This document shows, in pieces, positions 27,944-37,683 of a DNA stretch of 64,000 bases. The number at the start of each line of letters is the position of its first letter. Positions within the stretch are counted from its first letter, which is position 1. Below the pieces are notes generated by a model that was given only the letters and a program-made list of their open reading frames with translations, had not been told where the DNA came from and searched no databases. The stretch comes from Alphaproteobacteria bacterium. GTDB taxonomy: Bacteria > Pseudomonadota > Alphaproteobacteria > UBA6615. The position numbers were made by a program, and so were the translations under genes. Location of the stretch: the NCBI GenBank assembly GCA_965205535.1, contig CBDBHH010000005.1, positions 461,773-525,772 of the forward strand, read 5' to 3'.

Positions 27944-29185
27944 CTATTCGGCAGCTTCGGCGTCCGGGAAATCCGCGATCTCGTCGAGCGCGGGTTTGAT
28001 CTCCTGCATGAATATCCGCAGCTGGTCGATCATGTCTTCCTTCGGGCACTGGGCGTAGTGATAGATCAGCGTGATGTATTCGGCCGGCAGCTGCTTCCAT
28101 TGTTCGATATAGGAATCGCGCACCTCCGACACCGTGCCATGCTGGAACAGGCCGGTCTGCCCCATGAGCTCAATCATCTTCTGATCATCGGCGCCGTCGG
28201 CCTTACTGGTCCAGTCCGGGAACAGGGGCCCATAGAAGTTCTGAAAAATGTCACCGGACCAATCGAGCATCTTGCGGGCACCATCCTCATGGCTCTCGCC
28301 CACATGGGGCCAGCGCACGATCGCCTGGTTCTGGCCATGGGCGATATTGAAGCCGTTCTGGTTCGCGACCTCGGTATATCGAGGGCCGTAATCCGCGCAT
28401 CTGTCGATACTTGAGAAATAGGTCGGAATGAAACCGCGCGCGCCCGCATACTCCACCGTTTCAATCGAGGCGTTGGACGCAATGAAGACCTTGGGGTGTG
28501 GCCGTGTGTAGGGCGCGGGCACCACGGATATCTTCCGCAGCTTGCCGTCCTCGTCCATTTCTCCCGGCGCGCCCATCTGGCGGGTCACGTCTCCCATGAA
28601 CCACCCCTCGAGCCCCTCGTCATGGGGATAGGGGTATTCCCAAAGGTCGCTCTTGTAGTCGAACGCATCCTCGGTCCAGGCCTTCAATACGAGGTCGACC
28701 TGTTCTTCGAAAATCTTGCGGTTGTGTTCGTCCGCCGCGCTCTTGTCGGAGAGCGTCGCGACCGAACCGATCTTTTGTCCGAGCACATTGGTCCAGCGCG
28801 ACTGGTAGCCGCGCGCGAAGCCGACAAAGCAACGCCCCTTGGTCATGTGGTCGAGGGTTGCCGTTTCCTCGGCCACCCGGATCGGGTCGTCGACACTCAT
28901 GACGTAGCCGAGGCTGCCGATGTTGAGGCGTTTCGACAGGCCGGCCCAGTAACCGGTGTTGATACCGATGCTCGGCCCGACCTCATAGCCTTCGGAATGG
29001 AAGTGATGCTCGATCGAGGACACACCCCAGACACCCAGATCGTCCATCGCGCGGATCAGGTCCGGCATGCCGTCCATGGCTTCCTGGTAGCGCTCGCGGT
29101 TTCGCCCCATCGGGCACATTTCCTTGCGTTCCTGCGGACTGTCCGCACGAAGCATCGGGTACATCTGAACGACAACCTTCACCAT
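27944..29185 (-). CDS. LLM-class (luciferase-like) flavin-dependent monooxygenase/oxidoreductase
   Basis: 413 aa TIM-barrel LLM family pattern. Confidence 0.7.
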   Translation of the reverse strand: MVKVVVQMYPMLRADSPQERKEMCPMGRNRERYQEAMDGMPDLIRAMDDLGVWGVSSIEHHFHSEGYEVGPSIGINTGYWAGLSKRLNIGSLGYVMSVDDPIRVAEETATLDHMTKGRCFVGFARGYQSRWTNVLGQKIGSVATLSDKSAADEHNRKIFEEQVDLVLKAWTEDAFDYKSDLWEYPYPHDEGLEGWFMGDVTRQMGAPGEMDEDGKLRKISVVPAPYTRPHPKVFIASNASIETVEYAGARGFIPTYFSSIDRCADYGPRYTEVANQNGFNIAHGQNQAIVRWPHVGESHEDGARKMLDWSGDIFQNFYGPLFPDWTSKADGADDQKMIELMGQTGLFQHGTVSEVRDSYIEQWKQLPAEYITLIYHYAQCPKEDMIDQLRIFMQEIKPALDEIADFPDAEAAE

Positions 29186-29233
29186 GGCGTTTTCTCCCTC
29201 TTATTCCGGTGCCCGCAGCCGCGCAGACCCGGT

Positions 29234-29806
29234 CTAGACATTGAACGGCGGTGCCGTACTGCCTTCCTCGAGCTGCAGGCGCATCGTGTTGATGAAACGC
29301 GCCAGCATGCCGTAGTAGCCAATCATGATCGTGAGATCGACGAAGCCGTCACTGCCGAGTTCCGCCTTCAGCGCATCGACCATCTCGTCGGCGACTTCGT
29401 CATTGCGGGTGACGAGGCGGGCATAGCTGGTGGCCATGCCGACCATACCGGGCTCGGCCTCGATGTCGGGTGTACCGACCTTCTTCAGCATGTCCTCCGG
29501 GGCGCCAACCTTGAGCGCGAACTCCCAGTGATGGCCCCACTCGTAGGAACAGCGCAGTTCCTGGGCGACCGTCAGAATGACGTATTCGCGCAGCGCGTCG
29601 TCAAACTTGGTCCCGTAGCGTACATGCGCACCGACCGGCGTGACCGCTGCAAGCGCGCCGGGGCTGTTGGCCAGCAGCGCGAATACATTCGGCATGGTCG
29701 TGCGCCCGCGCGAGCGAATAACTTCGTCATAGGCTTCCAGAAATTCTGCCGGACAATCCTCGCGCTCGACGCGCGACAGGCGTGCGTTTTCCAATCCATC
29801 GGACAC
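29234..29806 (-). CDS. Carboxymuconolactone decarboxylase (AhpD-like) family protein, second copy
   Basis: 190 aa CMD-family protein. Confidence 0.65.
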   Translation of the reverse strand: MSDGLENARLSRVEREDCPAEFLEAYDEVIRSRGRTTMPNVFALLANSPGALAAVTPVGAHVRYGTKFDDALREYVILTVAQELRCSYEWGHHWEFALKVGAPEDMLKKVGTPDIEAEPGMVGMATSYARLVTRNDEVADEMVDALKAELGSDGFVDLTIMIGYYGMLARFINTMRLQLEEGSTAPPFNV

Positions 29807-30026
29807 GTGCTCTCTCCCCCGTAAATCAGTCGGTAAATGATCGGATACATATTATCGGCACGGCGCAGGACAGCGACCGGGCCATTTGGTTCGACCAAAG
29901 CAAACCACCATCAGATCACCGGCGTCAACGCCACGAGACCGCTTGCCCCATCCCGCAGGGGCCAAATCACCGCCAAATGTGCTAAATACGAATGAGAAAC
30001 ACGGGACAATCGCAGGACACGCAGAC

Positions 30027-31082
30027 ATGAGTGACACGGCTCCGGCCCGCATTGGCGCATTCGCCGGTGCGGTGTTGATCGCAGCGGTGACGATCTTCTT
30101 CCTGATCGAGGGTCGCGACCTGCTGATCCCGATCGCGGTGGCCATCGTCATCTGGTACCTGCTCAACGCGCTCGCGGGATTCCTGCACCGCATCCCCCTG
30201 GGCGGCTGGCGCCTGCCCAACTGGCTGGCGCTGACCGGTGCCGTCATCATCGTCGCGCTGGCCATCGCCCTGGTCGCGGAGCTGATCAGCAACAATCTGG
30301 CCGACGTCGCCGCCGCGGCACCGGCCTACCAGGCGAATTTCGAGAACCTCGTCGCCCAGGCCTCGCGCCTGGCCGGCTTCGAGCAACCGCCTGACATCGC
30401 CCATGTGATCGACGAGATCGACATCCGGGCCCTTATCACGTCGTTTGCGGCAACGGCCGCCGGCATTGCCGGCTCCTTCGGCATCGTCATCGTCTATGTG
30501 GTGTTCCTGCTCATCGAGCAAGGCTGCTTCGAGAGCAAGTTTGCCGCCCTGTTTCCCGATTCCGACCGCCGCCAGGACGTCCGTGACCTGCTGCGCCGCA
30601 TGCAGATTCAGATCCAGACCTATGTGGCGATCAAGACATTGATGAGCGCCCTCACCGGTATCATCAGCTACGTGATTCTGCTGGTCGTGGGGGTCGATTT
30701 CGCCGGCTTCTGGGGCTTCGTCATCTTCCTGCTGAACTACATCCCGACCATCGGTTCGCTGCTCGGCATCCTTTTGCCGACCTTGCTCGCGATCGTGCAG
30801 TTCGCCACGGTCGGTCCGGTGCTGACGGTGCTGCTCGCCGGCGGCGCCACACAATTTGTGATCGGCAACCTGATCGAGCCGCGCCTGACCGGCACGTCGC
30901 TCAACATCTCCCCCCTGGTCGTGCTCATATCGCTGGCCGTATGGGGCAGCATCTGGGGGCTCGCCGGCATGTTCCTGTCGGTGCCCCTGACGATGATCGT
31001 GATGATCATGTGCTCTTATTTCAAACCGACCCGCCCGATCGCCATCATGCTGTCGGGCAATGGCAGGATCGAAACCCGCTAG
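30027..31082 (+). CDS. AI-2E family transporter (PerM-like)
   Basis: Start MSDTAPARIGAF; 8-TM pattern. An upstream ORF extension to 29886 is unlikely to be real. Confidence 0.7.
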   Translation: MSDTAPARIGAFAGAVLIAAVTIFFLIEGRDLLIPIAVAIVIWYLLNALAGFLHRIPLGGWRLPNWLALTGAVIIVALAIALVAELISNNLADVAAAAPAYQANFENLVAQASRLAGFEQPPDIAHVIDEIDIRALITSFAATAAGIAGSFGIVIVYVVFLLIEQGCFESKFAALFPDSDRRQDVRDLLRRMQIQIQTYVAIKTLMSALTGIISYVILLVVGVDFAGFWGFVIFLLNYIPTIGSLLGILLPTLLAIVQFATVGPVLTVLLAGGATQFVIGNLIEPRLTGTSLNISPLVVLISLAVWGSIWGLAGMFLSVPLTMIVMIMCSYFKPTRPIAIMLSGNGRIETR

Positions 31083-31109
31083 ATCGGCGTCAATCCGCGT
31101 CGACGAAAG

Positions 31110-33449
31110 CTATTCCGCGGCCTGCGCGGAACCGGCATCGATCAGCTCGGTCAGCATCTGCGGATCGACCGGATAGTAGTCGATCTCCACATTGTACTCT
31201 TCGAGCGCATTCTCGATTGCTGCGACAATCGCCGCAGCCGCCGGGATGGTGCCGCCCTCGCCCGCACCCTTCACGCCAAGCGAATTGAGCGGTGACGGGG
31301 TTTCCATATGGGTGACATCGACCCGCGGCATCTCGCTGGCCAACGGCAACAGATACTCACCGTAGTTCGTCGTCAACGGCTGGCCCTGATCGTCATAGAT
31401 CATGCGCTCGAACAACGCGTTGCCGATGCCGTGCACCACGCCGCCGACGATCTGGCCATGCACAACCTTCGGGTTGATCATCACGCCACAATCATGAGCG
31501 ACCGAGTAGCGCAGCACTTTCACCTCGCCCGTGCCCGGGTCGACCTCGACCTCGGCCACGTTTGAACCACAGGCGATCGGAGACCCGCTGGAGCCATCGA
31601 AAGAAGTGGCCTCCAGCACGGGATCAAATCCCGTCGGGACCCGCATCGCGGACATCGGCGTTAGCTGCTTGGCCAATTCGCCCAGCGTGATGGACACATC
31701 GGGTGCTCCGTTCACGCGGACCACACCATCCTCGATATCCAGATCGGCTTCGGCGGCTTCCAGCACCTCGGCGGCCAGCTTCAGGGCCTTTTCGCGGACC
31801 TGGAACGCGGCGTCGTGGGCCGACGGGCCGACATTAGCCGCCACGCGGCTGCCGATCGTCCCGATGCCATGCGAGAACTTCGCGGTGTCGGCAGATTCGA
31901 ACAGAATATCTTCCGGCTTCACCCCGAGATTATCCGCGACGATCATCGCGATCATCGTGTGATGCCCCTGCCCCTGGCTCGCGGCGCCGGTACGCACGGC
32001 AACTTTGCCCGAGGATTCGACCCGCACGGTCGTGCCCTCATAGGGCCCCATGCCGGTATCCTCGATACAGGAGGAAACCCCGATGCCCAGATAGCGGCCT
32101 TCGGCGCGGGCCGCGGCCTGACGTTCCTTGAAACTGCTGTAGTCAGACAGCTCCAGCGCCTTCTCCAGCAGCGCTTCATAGTCGCCGCTGTCATAGATGC
32201 ACGGGACGCCGCCACGAAGCTTGGCGCCGGTTTCATACGGCATTTGGTCCGGGCGTACGTAGTTGCGGCGGCGTACTTCGGCCGGATCGATCCCCAGCTC
32301 GCGGGAAACCACCTGCACCATGCGTTCGACCGCATAGATCCCGCACGGACGACCCGCACCGCGCACCGGCGAGTTGGGCACCGTGTTGGTAAAGACGATG
32401 TCCACATTCACATCGATGGCCGGAATGGAATAGGCGCCCGGGAGGGGCGTGAGGGAGCTGTTCGGCAGCAGAATGCCGTAGGGCACATAGGCGCCGTTTT
32501 CGTGGGTCACCTTCCCGCGCAGCCCGAGAATTTTTCCCTCGGACGTACAGGCCACTTCCAGATCCCAATGCTGGTCGCGCTGGGTCGTCGTAGAGACAAA
32601 ATGCTCCCGGCGATCCTCGATCCACTTGACCGGGCATTTCATGATACGCGCCGCCAGCGAGATCGCGGCTTCCTCCGGATAGAAGCCGGCCTTCGGGCCG
32701 AACCCGCCGCCGACATCCGGGGCGATGACGCGCACGCGTTCTTCGGATTCGTCCAGCCATGTGGCCAGTGCACGGCGGATCAGGTAGGGCGACTGGGCCG
32801 AGGTCCAAAGGGTCAGCCCGTCGCCCCAGGGGTCGTCCCTGGCGATGACGCCGCGGGTCTCCATGGAATGGCACCCGCCGCGATGCTGCATGAACGCCGC
32901 CGAGAAGACGTGATCGGCCTTCGCGAATGAATCCTCGATATCGCCGAAGCTCGAACGCATCTGGCCCATCAGGTTCGATGTGGTGTCGGCATGGGCCAGC
33001 GGTGCGTCGTCGTCCAGCGCCGTCATGACATTCACGACGGCGGGGAGCGCCTCGTAATCCACGTCGATGAGCGCCAGCGCGTCCTCGGCGATCGCGCGGC
33101 TGTCCGCGACCACAATCGCCACGGCCTCGCCCACATAGCAGACCTCGTCCTTCGCCAGCGGATACTGGGTCTTGTCCTGGTCAATCACCGGTGCGGGATA
33201 AAGCTGGTTCATCCGGTGGCTGTACTTCTCCCCCAGATCGGCATGGGAGATCACCCGATGCACGCCCGCCAGTTCCAGCGCGCGTGATGGGTCGATCGAA
33301 CGAATCTTCGCATGGGCCATCGGCGCGCGTAGGAAGGCTGCATGCAGCATGCCCGCCATGGAGATGTCGTCGACATAGCGACCATGCCCGGTCAGCAGCC
33401 GGGGATCTTCCATGCGTTGGACTTCGGCGCCCAGATAACGAACAGCCAT
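31110..33449 (-). CDS. Xanthine-dehydrogenase-family molybdopterin-binding large subunit (CoxL-like, form-II-type signature)
   Basis: 779 aa. The active-site loop reads SPVRGAGRP, resembling the form-II AYRGAGR motif and not the form-I AYRCSFR motif of bona fide CO dehydrogenase. Confidence 0.85.
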   Translation of the reverse strand: MAVRYLGAEVQRMEDPRLLTGHGRYVDDISMAGMLHAAFLRAPMAHAKIRSIDPSRALELAGVHRVISHADLGEKYSHRMNQLYPAPVIDQDKTQYPLAKDEVCYVGEAVAIVVADSRAIAEDALALIDVDYEALPAVVNVMTALDDDAPLAHADTTSNLMGQMRSSFGDIEDSFAKADHVFSAAFMQHRGGCHSMETRGVIARDDPWGDGLTLWTSAQSPYLIRRALATWLDESEERVRVIAPDVGGGFGPKAGFYPEEAAISLAARIMKCPVKWIEDRREHFVSTTTQRDQHWDLEVACTSEGKILGLRGKVTHENGAYVPYGILLPNSSLTPLPGAYSIPAIDVNVDIVFTNTVPNSPVRGAGRPCGIYAVERMVQVVSRELGIDPAEVRRRNYVRPDQMPYETGAKLRGGVPCIYDSGDYEALLEKALELSDYSSFKERQAAARAEGRYLGIGVSSCIEDTGMGPYEGTTVRVESSGKVAVRTGAASQGQGHHTMIAMIVADNLGVKPEDILFESADTAKFSHGIGTIGSRVAANVGPSAHDAAFQVREKALKLAAEVLEAAEADLDIEDGVVRVNGAPDVSITLGELAKQLTPMSAMRVPTGFDPVLEATSFDGSSGSPIACGSNVAEVEVDPGTGEVKVLRYSVAHDCGVMINPKVVHGQIVGGVVHGIGNALFERMIYDDQGQPLTTNYGEYLLPLASEMPRVDVTHMETPSPLNSLGVKGAGEGGTIPAAAAIVAAIENALEEYNVEIDYYPVDPQMLTELIDAGSAQAAE

Positions 33450-33452
33450 GGT

Positions 33453-33938
33453 CTAGCTCCCCTTTTGCATGGTCTTGGCGGCATCCAGTGCCGCATCGAC
33501 GATGCCCTGATAGCCGGTACACCGGCAGATGTTTCCTGATATGGCTTCGCGGACATCCCGCTCACTCGGATCGGGATTGTCCCGCAGGAAGGCCGTCAAC
33601 GAGGTCAGCATCCCCGGGGTACAGAAGCCGCACTGCAGGCCATGATGTTTCCAGAAAGCCTCCTGCAACGCGCTCAGGGCCCCGTCGTCGTCGGCCAGCC
33701 CCTCGACCGTGGTGACGTCCTGCCCGTTGGCCTGAACGGCCAGCATCAGGCACGAGCGCACCGCTTCGCCATCGACCATCACCGTGCAGGCGCCGCACAC
33801 GCCATGTTCGCAGCCCATATGCGTGCCGGTCAGATCCAGGCCATGGCGCAGGAAATCACCCAGGCTGGTGCGGGTTTCAACGTCGGCGGTCCGGCTCTCG
33901 CCATTGACCGTCAGGGTTATCTCGCGGGTATCGGCCAT
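33453..33938 (-). CDS. (2Fe-2S)-binding small subunit (CoxS-like)
   Basis: CEHGVCGACTV and CGFCTPG cysteine motifs. Confidence 0.9.
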   Translation of the reverse strand: MADTREITLTVNGESRTADVETRTSLGDFLRHGLDLTGTHMGCEHGVCGACTVMVDGEAVRSCLMLAVQANGQDVTTVEGLADDDGALSALQEAFWKHHGLQCGFCTPGMLTSLTAFLRDNPDPSERDVREAISGNICRCTGYQGIVDAALDAAKTMQKGS

Positions 33939-33940
33939 GA

Positions 33941-34807
33941 TCAGGCACTCCCGTTTGCGTTGGAGGCGGCGGCCGACAAGGCCCGCTCTACAAGGGTGGC
34001 GGCCAGGCGCTGGCGGTAGGCCGAGGTTACATAGGCATCCGACATGGCCTCGATGCCGCGCGCGATTTCCGCCGCGGCCTTGAAGGCGTCGGTGTCGGGT
34101 GCGGCGCCAACCAGGGCCGTCTCGGCGTCGGTCAGGCGGATCGGGCGCACATCTGCGCCGCCGATCGAGATCCCCGCCCGGGTGATCTTGCCGCCATCGA
34201 CTGTCAGCAGGGCGGCCACGGCGATGATCGCGAAGTCGCCGTGACGACGCGCGAACTCAACGAAGCCATGGCCCGTGTTGCCACCCCAGTGGGGCACGGA
34301 CACGCCGGTCAGGAGTTCGTCCGGCCCGATCGACGGCAACATGTAGGCGAGCGGCCATTCGGCGAACGGCACTTTTCTCTCGCCCTCCGGCCCCTGGACC
34401 GTCAGCGTGGCGTCATAGAGCGCCATCAGGCAGGGCAGCTCGGCAGCGGGGTCGAGGTGACACAGGCTGCCGCCGATGGTGCCCCGGTTGCGGGTCTGGA
34501 AGTGGCCGACCCAGTGCAGTGCGGCGGGGATGATCGGCGCCTTCGCAGCGATCACGTCATCACCCATCAGGTCGCGCTGCCGGGTCATCGCGCCGATCTC
34601 GATGGTATCGCCCCCGTCGCGAATGCCGGCGATGCCCTCGATGCCGTTCAGGTCGATCACGTGATCGGGCACGACGAAGCGCATGTTCAGCATCGGCATC
34701 AGCGATTGGCCGCCGGCCAGGATCTTGGCTTCCTCATGGGCGGCGAGCAGGGCCACGGCCTCATCCGCCGTGGCCGGATCGTGATAGGTGAATGGCGCCG
34801 GTTTCAT
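33941..34807 (-). CDS. FAD-binding medium subunit of a molybdenum hydroxylase (CoxM-like)
   Basis: 288 aa with AGGQSL FAD-binding motif. Confidence 0.85.
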   Translation of the reverse strand: MKPAPFTYHDPATADEAVALLAAHEEAKILAGGQSLMPMLNMRFVVPDHVIDLNGIEGIAGIRDGGDTIEIGAMTRQRDLMGDDVIAAKAPIIPAALHWVGHFQTRNRGTIGGSLCHLDPAAELPCLMALYDATLTVQGPEGERKVPFAEWPLAYMLPSIGPDELLTGVSVPHWGGNTGHGFVEFARRHGDFAIIAVAALLTVDGGKITRAGISIGGADVRPIRLTDAETALVGAAPDTDAFKAAAEIARGIEAMSDAYVTSAYRQRLAATLVERALSAAASNANGSA

Positions 34808-34849
34808 CGGGTCGCCTCCATGTCCGTGTTTATGTGGTTGCGCATCGCT

Positions 34850-35467
34850 CTAGGATTTCCCGCCGCGGATCATCGCCCACAGGGCGCGGAAAAACAGGCT
34901 GATTCCCGAGATCGCGTTGTCGCTGGTTTTAACTTCCGCGGCCTCGGCCGCCGGTCTGGCCGGTGCGTCATCGGCGGCTGCGTCGGACGGCGCGGTCTCT
35001 GGCGCCGCATCACCGGCGGCTCCGATTTCGGCCTCCAGGTTTGTCGCGAAGTCGGAGATGATCTGCCCGGCGATCGCGTCGATCAGGCCCGACGCGCGGC
35101 CATACTGGGCAATCGAACCGGTCAGATCGATGTCGCTGGTGATGTCCACCCGGCTGGCATCGCCGTCGGCGACCAGCCTGAACACCACCGTCGCGCTTGC
35201 CGCCCCGCGGCCCTTGGTGTCGTTGCCCTTGGCCTCGACCCTGGCGGTGCGTGCCGTCTCGTCGATCTCGGTGATCTCCGCTTCGCCCGAGAATGTCAGC
35301 GACACCGGCCCGACCCGCAGCTTGGCGTTACCCTTGTAGGTCCGTTCGCCGACGGTTTCCGTGAGCTCGGCACCGGGCATGCAGGGTGCGATCCGCGGCA
35401 CATCCAGCAGGATACCCCACGCGACGTCCGGCGGTGCGGGCACCGTAAAACTATTCTCTAGCTGCAT
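34850..35467 (-). CDS. CoxG-family SRPBCC protein
   Basis: Start MQLENSFTVPAPPDVAW; Ala/Asp-rich C-terminal tail. Confidence 0.7.
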   Translation of the reverse strand: MQLENSFTVPAPPDVAWGILLDVPRIAPCMPGAELTETVGERTYKGNAKLRVGPVSLTFSGEAEITEIDETARTARVEAKGNDTKGRGAASATVVFRLVADGDASRVDITSDIDLTGSIAQYGRASGLIDAIAGQIISDFATNLEAEIGAAGDAAPETAPSDAAADDAPARPAAEAAEVKTSDNAISGISLFFRALWAMIRGGKS

Positions 35468-35579
35468 CGGGCTCCCCGTCCCACATCGCGAAAATACAGG
35501 CGTTCTTGGCGCGCCCTCGTTCAGGACCACACAGTAATTTTCTTATTGTGCAATCGCAACCGGCAGCCGGTGTTATTCC

Positions 35580-36398
35580 CTAAATGCCGCCGTCCTGACC
35601 GTGCACGTGATAGCCGATATCGCGGACCGGTTTGTTGCCGTCGCTGTCGACCCCGGTCGGCAGCCAGGCGCATAGGTTGGCACCAGGCGACCAGACGGTC
35701 TCGCACGGGCCCGGCACGAAGAACTCGACGAAGACGAAGTCGCTGTCGGTCTCGTTGATGAAGGCATGAGGCTCGTGCTGGTAGTTGTAGAGCACGTCAC
35801 CTGCGCGCAGCCGGTGGGCCGTACCGTCCAGCATCGCCGTGCCCTCGCCGGCCACCACATACTGGAAATGCTCTGCCCCCACATGGTGATGTTCGGGGGC
35901 CGCCGTGCCCGGCGGGTAGGAAATCATCTCGCCCTTGAAGGCCTTGGTGCCCGCCAGCCCCGGTGTGGCCATATAGACCCGGGTCCGCGCGTCATGCTCC
36001 GACTGCAAGACGGGCTCACGTGTCCAGTCCACAGGAACGAGGTCACCGGGCATATCGGCGATATTCTCGTCGAAGCGTGCCGCGTCGGGCACCCGGGCAA
36101 AAAGAATACGAGTGTCGGCATCTCCGGCCTGGAAGGCGCCGGCAAATCCAAACGGCATATAGGTGATGTGTTTGGTGTCGAGCGCGTTGTCGTCGAGTGA
36201 ACCGGCACCCTCAAGGACCTGCAGCCAGCCGACCATGCCATCGTCCAGTGCAATCGACAGCGATCCGCCCGCTGCAACCGCGACATGGTCCAGCTCGATC
36301 TGGTCGTTGCCGATAACGTCGGCGGTCAGCAGCCGGGTGACCTGGCACCCGTCTTGCGCGATTACGTTGGTTTCATCTTCGCGAATGATGACCGGCAT
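35580..36398 (-). CDS. Bicupin (two-cupin-domain) protein
   Basis: Two cupin motif regions, including HHHVGAEHFQYVVAGEG. Confidence 0.6.
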   Translation of the reverse strand: MPVIIREDETNVIAQDGCQVTRLLTADVIGNDQIELDHVAVAAGGSLSIALDDGMVGWLQVLEGAGSLDDNALDTKHITYMPFGFAGAFQAGDADTRILFARVPDAARFDENIADMPGDLVPVDWTREPVLQSEHDARTRVYMATPGLAGTKAFKGEMISYPPGTAAPEHHHVGAEHFQYVVAGEGTAMLDGTAHRLRAGDVLYNYQHEPHAFINETDSDFVFVEFFVPGPCETVWSPGANLCAWLPTGVDSDGNKPVRDIGYHVHGQDGGI

Positions 36399-36480
36399 CT
36401 CGTCCTCCCCAGGCGATTTGCAACGGCGCTCCAAGAACGCCTGCGCTTGTGCAAGCTATCAAACAGAATGTGCTGAAGCT

Positions 36481-36567
36481 TGGTACGGGCGGTCGGACTT
36501 GAACCGACACTCTGTTGCCAGAACTGGATTTTGAATCCAGCGCGTCTACCAATTCCGCCACGCCCGC
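36481..36567 (-). tRNA. tRNA-Leu (anticodon CAA)
   Basis: Reverse complement reads gcgggcgtggcggaattggtagacgcgctggattCAAaatccagttctggcaacagagtgtcggttcaagtccgaccgcccgtacca. It has a long variable arm, a GGTTCAAGTCC T-loop and an encoded CCA. Confidence 0.85.
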
Positions 36568-36714
36568 GCCCGGCTTTTCTACTCTGCACCAGCATCATCC
36601 GCAACCAGTGAGCCGCCCCGGGACAACTGGGTAATGCACCATCCTGTGACCGGCGTCACTTTCAACATCCATCCAACCCCCTACCTATGACCCCAAGCAC
36701 AACAATGGAGACGG

Positions 36715-36972
36715 ATGATGCTGATTAACTGCCGCAAAGCAGCCGGGCTGATCGCTGTCTGGGCTGTGTTTCTGGGAATTTTGACCATCTGGCCGGACAC
36801 ACCGGACGCACGGGCAAAGGGACCCGACTTCGAATTCGCCGGTGTCGGCACACCGCTTCTGCTCACGCAAACCGCAGGCCGGGAGACGACCTACAGCCAT
36901 ACCGGCCTGTGGGTGGCCGATGTGGGTGCCGACGGGACCGTCGTTTACCTGCGCCAGATCAAGCGCCGCTGA
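36715..36972 (+). CDS. Small hypothetical secreted protein
   Basis: 85 aa with a hydrophobic N-terminal segment (GLIAVWAVFLGILTIW). No family recognised. Confidence 0.3.
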   Translation: MMLINCRKAAGLIAVWAVFLGILTIWPDTPDARAKGPDFEFAGVGTPLLLTQTAGRETTYSHTGLWVADVGADGTVVYLRQIKRR

Positions 36973-37077
36973 TCGTGAATGGCCAGCCTGCCAACCGAGA
37001 TAGACAGGCGCACGCTGTCCTGTTACGAGGCCGCACAGAGCACGGGGATTCACCCCGGCACGCGGGGGAAGAACCGG

Positions 37078-37659
37078 ATGCTACGCGGCCTCTATGACTG
37101 GACCATGCGCCTCGGCGCGTCGCCTCACGCCATCTGGGCGCTGGCGGCGGTCGCGTTCGTCGAGAGTTCGTTCTTCCCGATTCCACCCGATGTTTTGCTC
37201 ATCCCGATGATTCTCGCGGCCCGCAACCAGGCATGGCGCCTGGCAGCGACCTGCACGATCGCCTCCGTGCTCGGCGGCTATTTCGGATATCTCATCGGCC
37301 TGACATTGTTCGAGACCGTGGGTGAGCCCGTCATCGCCTTCTACGGTATGGAGCACGCCTTCATGGCGTTCACCGAGAAGTATAATGAGCTGGGCGCCTG
37401 GATCGTCTTCACCTTCGGCGTCACCCCCTTCCCCTACAAGGTTGTGACCATCGCCAGCGGCGTGACCCAGCTCGACCCGGTCATCTTCGGCATTACCTCG
37501 ACGGCCGCGCGCGGCCTGCGCTTCTTCCTGGTCGCGGCCCTGATCTGGTATTTCGGACCGCCGATCCGCGCCTTCGTCGAACGCTATCTGGGCTGGGTGG
37601 CGCTCGCCTTCATCGTCCTGCTGATCGGCGGTTTTGTGCTGATCAAGTTCGTCTTCTAG
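37078..37659 (+). CDS. YqaA/DedA-family membrane protein
   Basis: Start MLRGLYDWTMRLGASPHAIWALAAVAFVESSFFPIPPDVLLIP, the typical DedA-family N-terminal motif. Confidence 0.7.
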   Translation: MLRGLYDWTMRLGASPHAIWALAAVAFVESSFFPIPPDVLLIPMILAARNQAWRLAATCTIASVLGGYFGYLIGLTLFETVGEPVIAFYGMEHAFMAFTEKYNELGAWIVFTFGVTPFPYKVVTIASGVTQLDPVIFGITSTAARGLRFFLVAALIWYFGPPIRAFVERYLGWVALAFIVLLIGGFVLIKFVF

Positions 37660-37683
37660 CTCCCCGCACCCCATATTCCGCCC

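Noticed and set aside
31110-34807. Bona fide aerobic carbon-monoxide dehydrogenase (form I)
   Set aside because: The large-subunit active-site loop is VRGAGR-like, not AYRCSFR. No coxDEF maturation genes are adjacent.
36568-36714. Possible integrase or attachment site immediately adjacent to tRNA-Leu
   Set aside because: No ORF with integrase features and no obvious duplicated tRNA 3' segment nearby; retained only as a weak island hypothesis in the findings.
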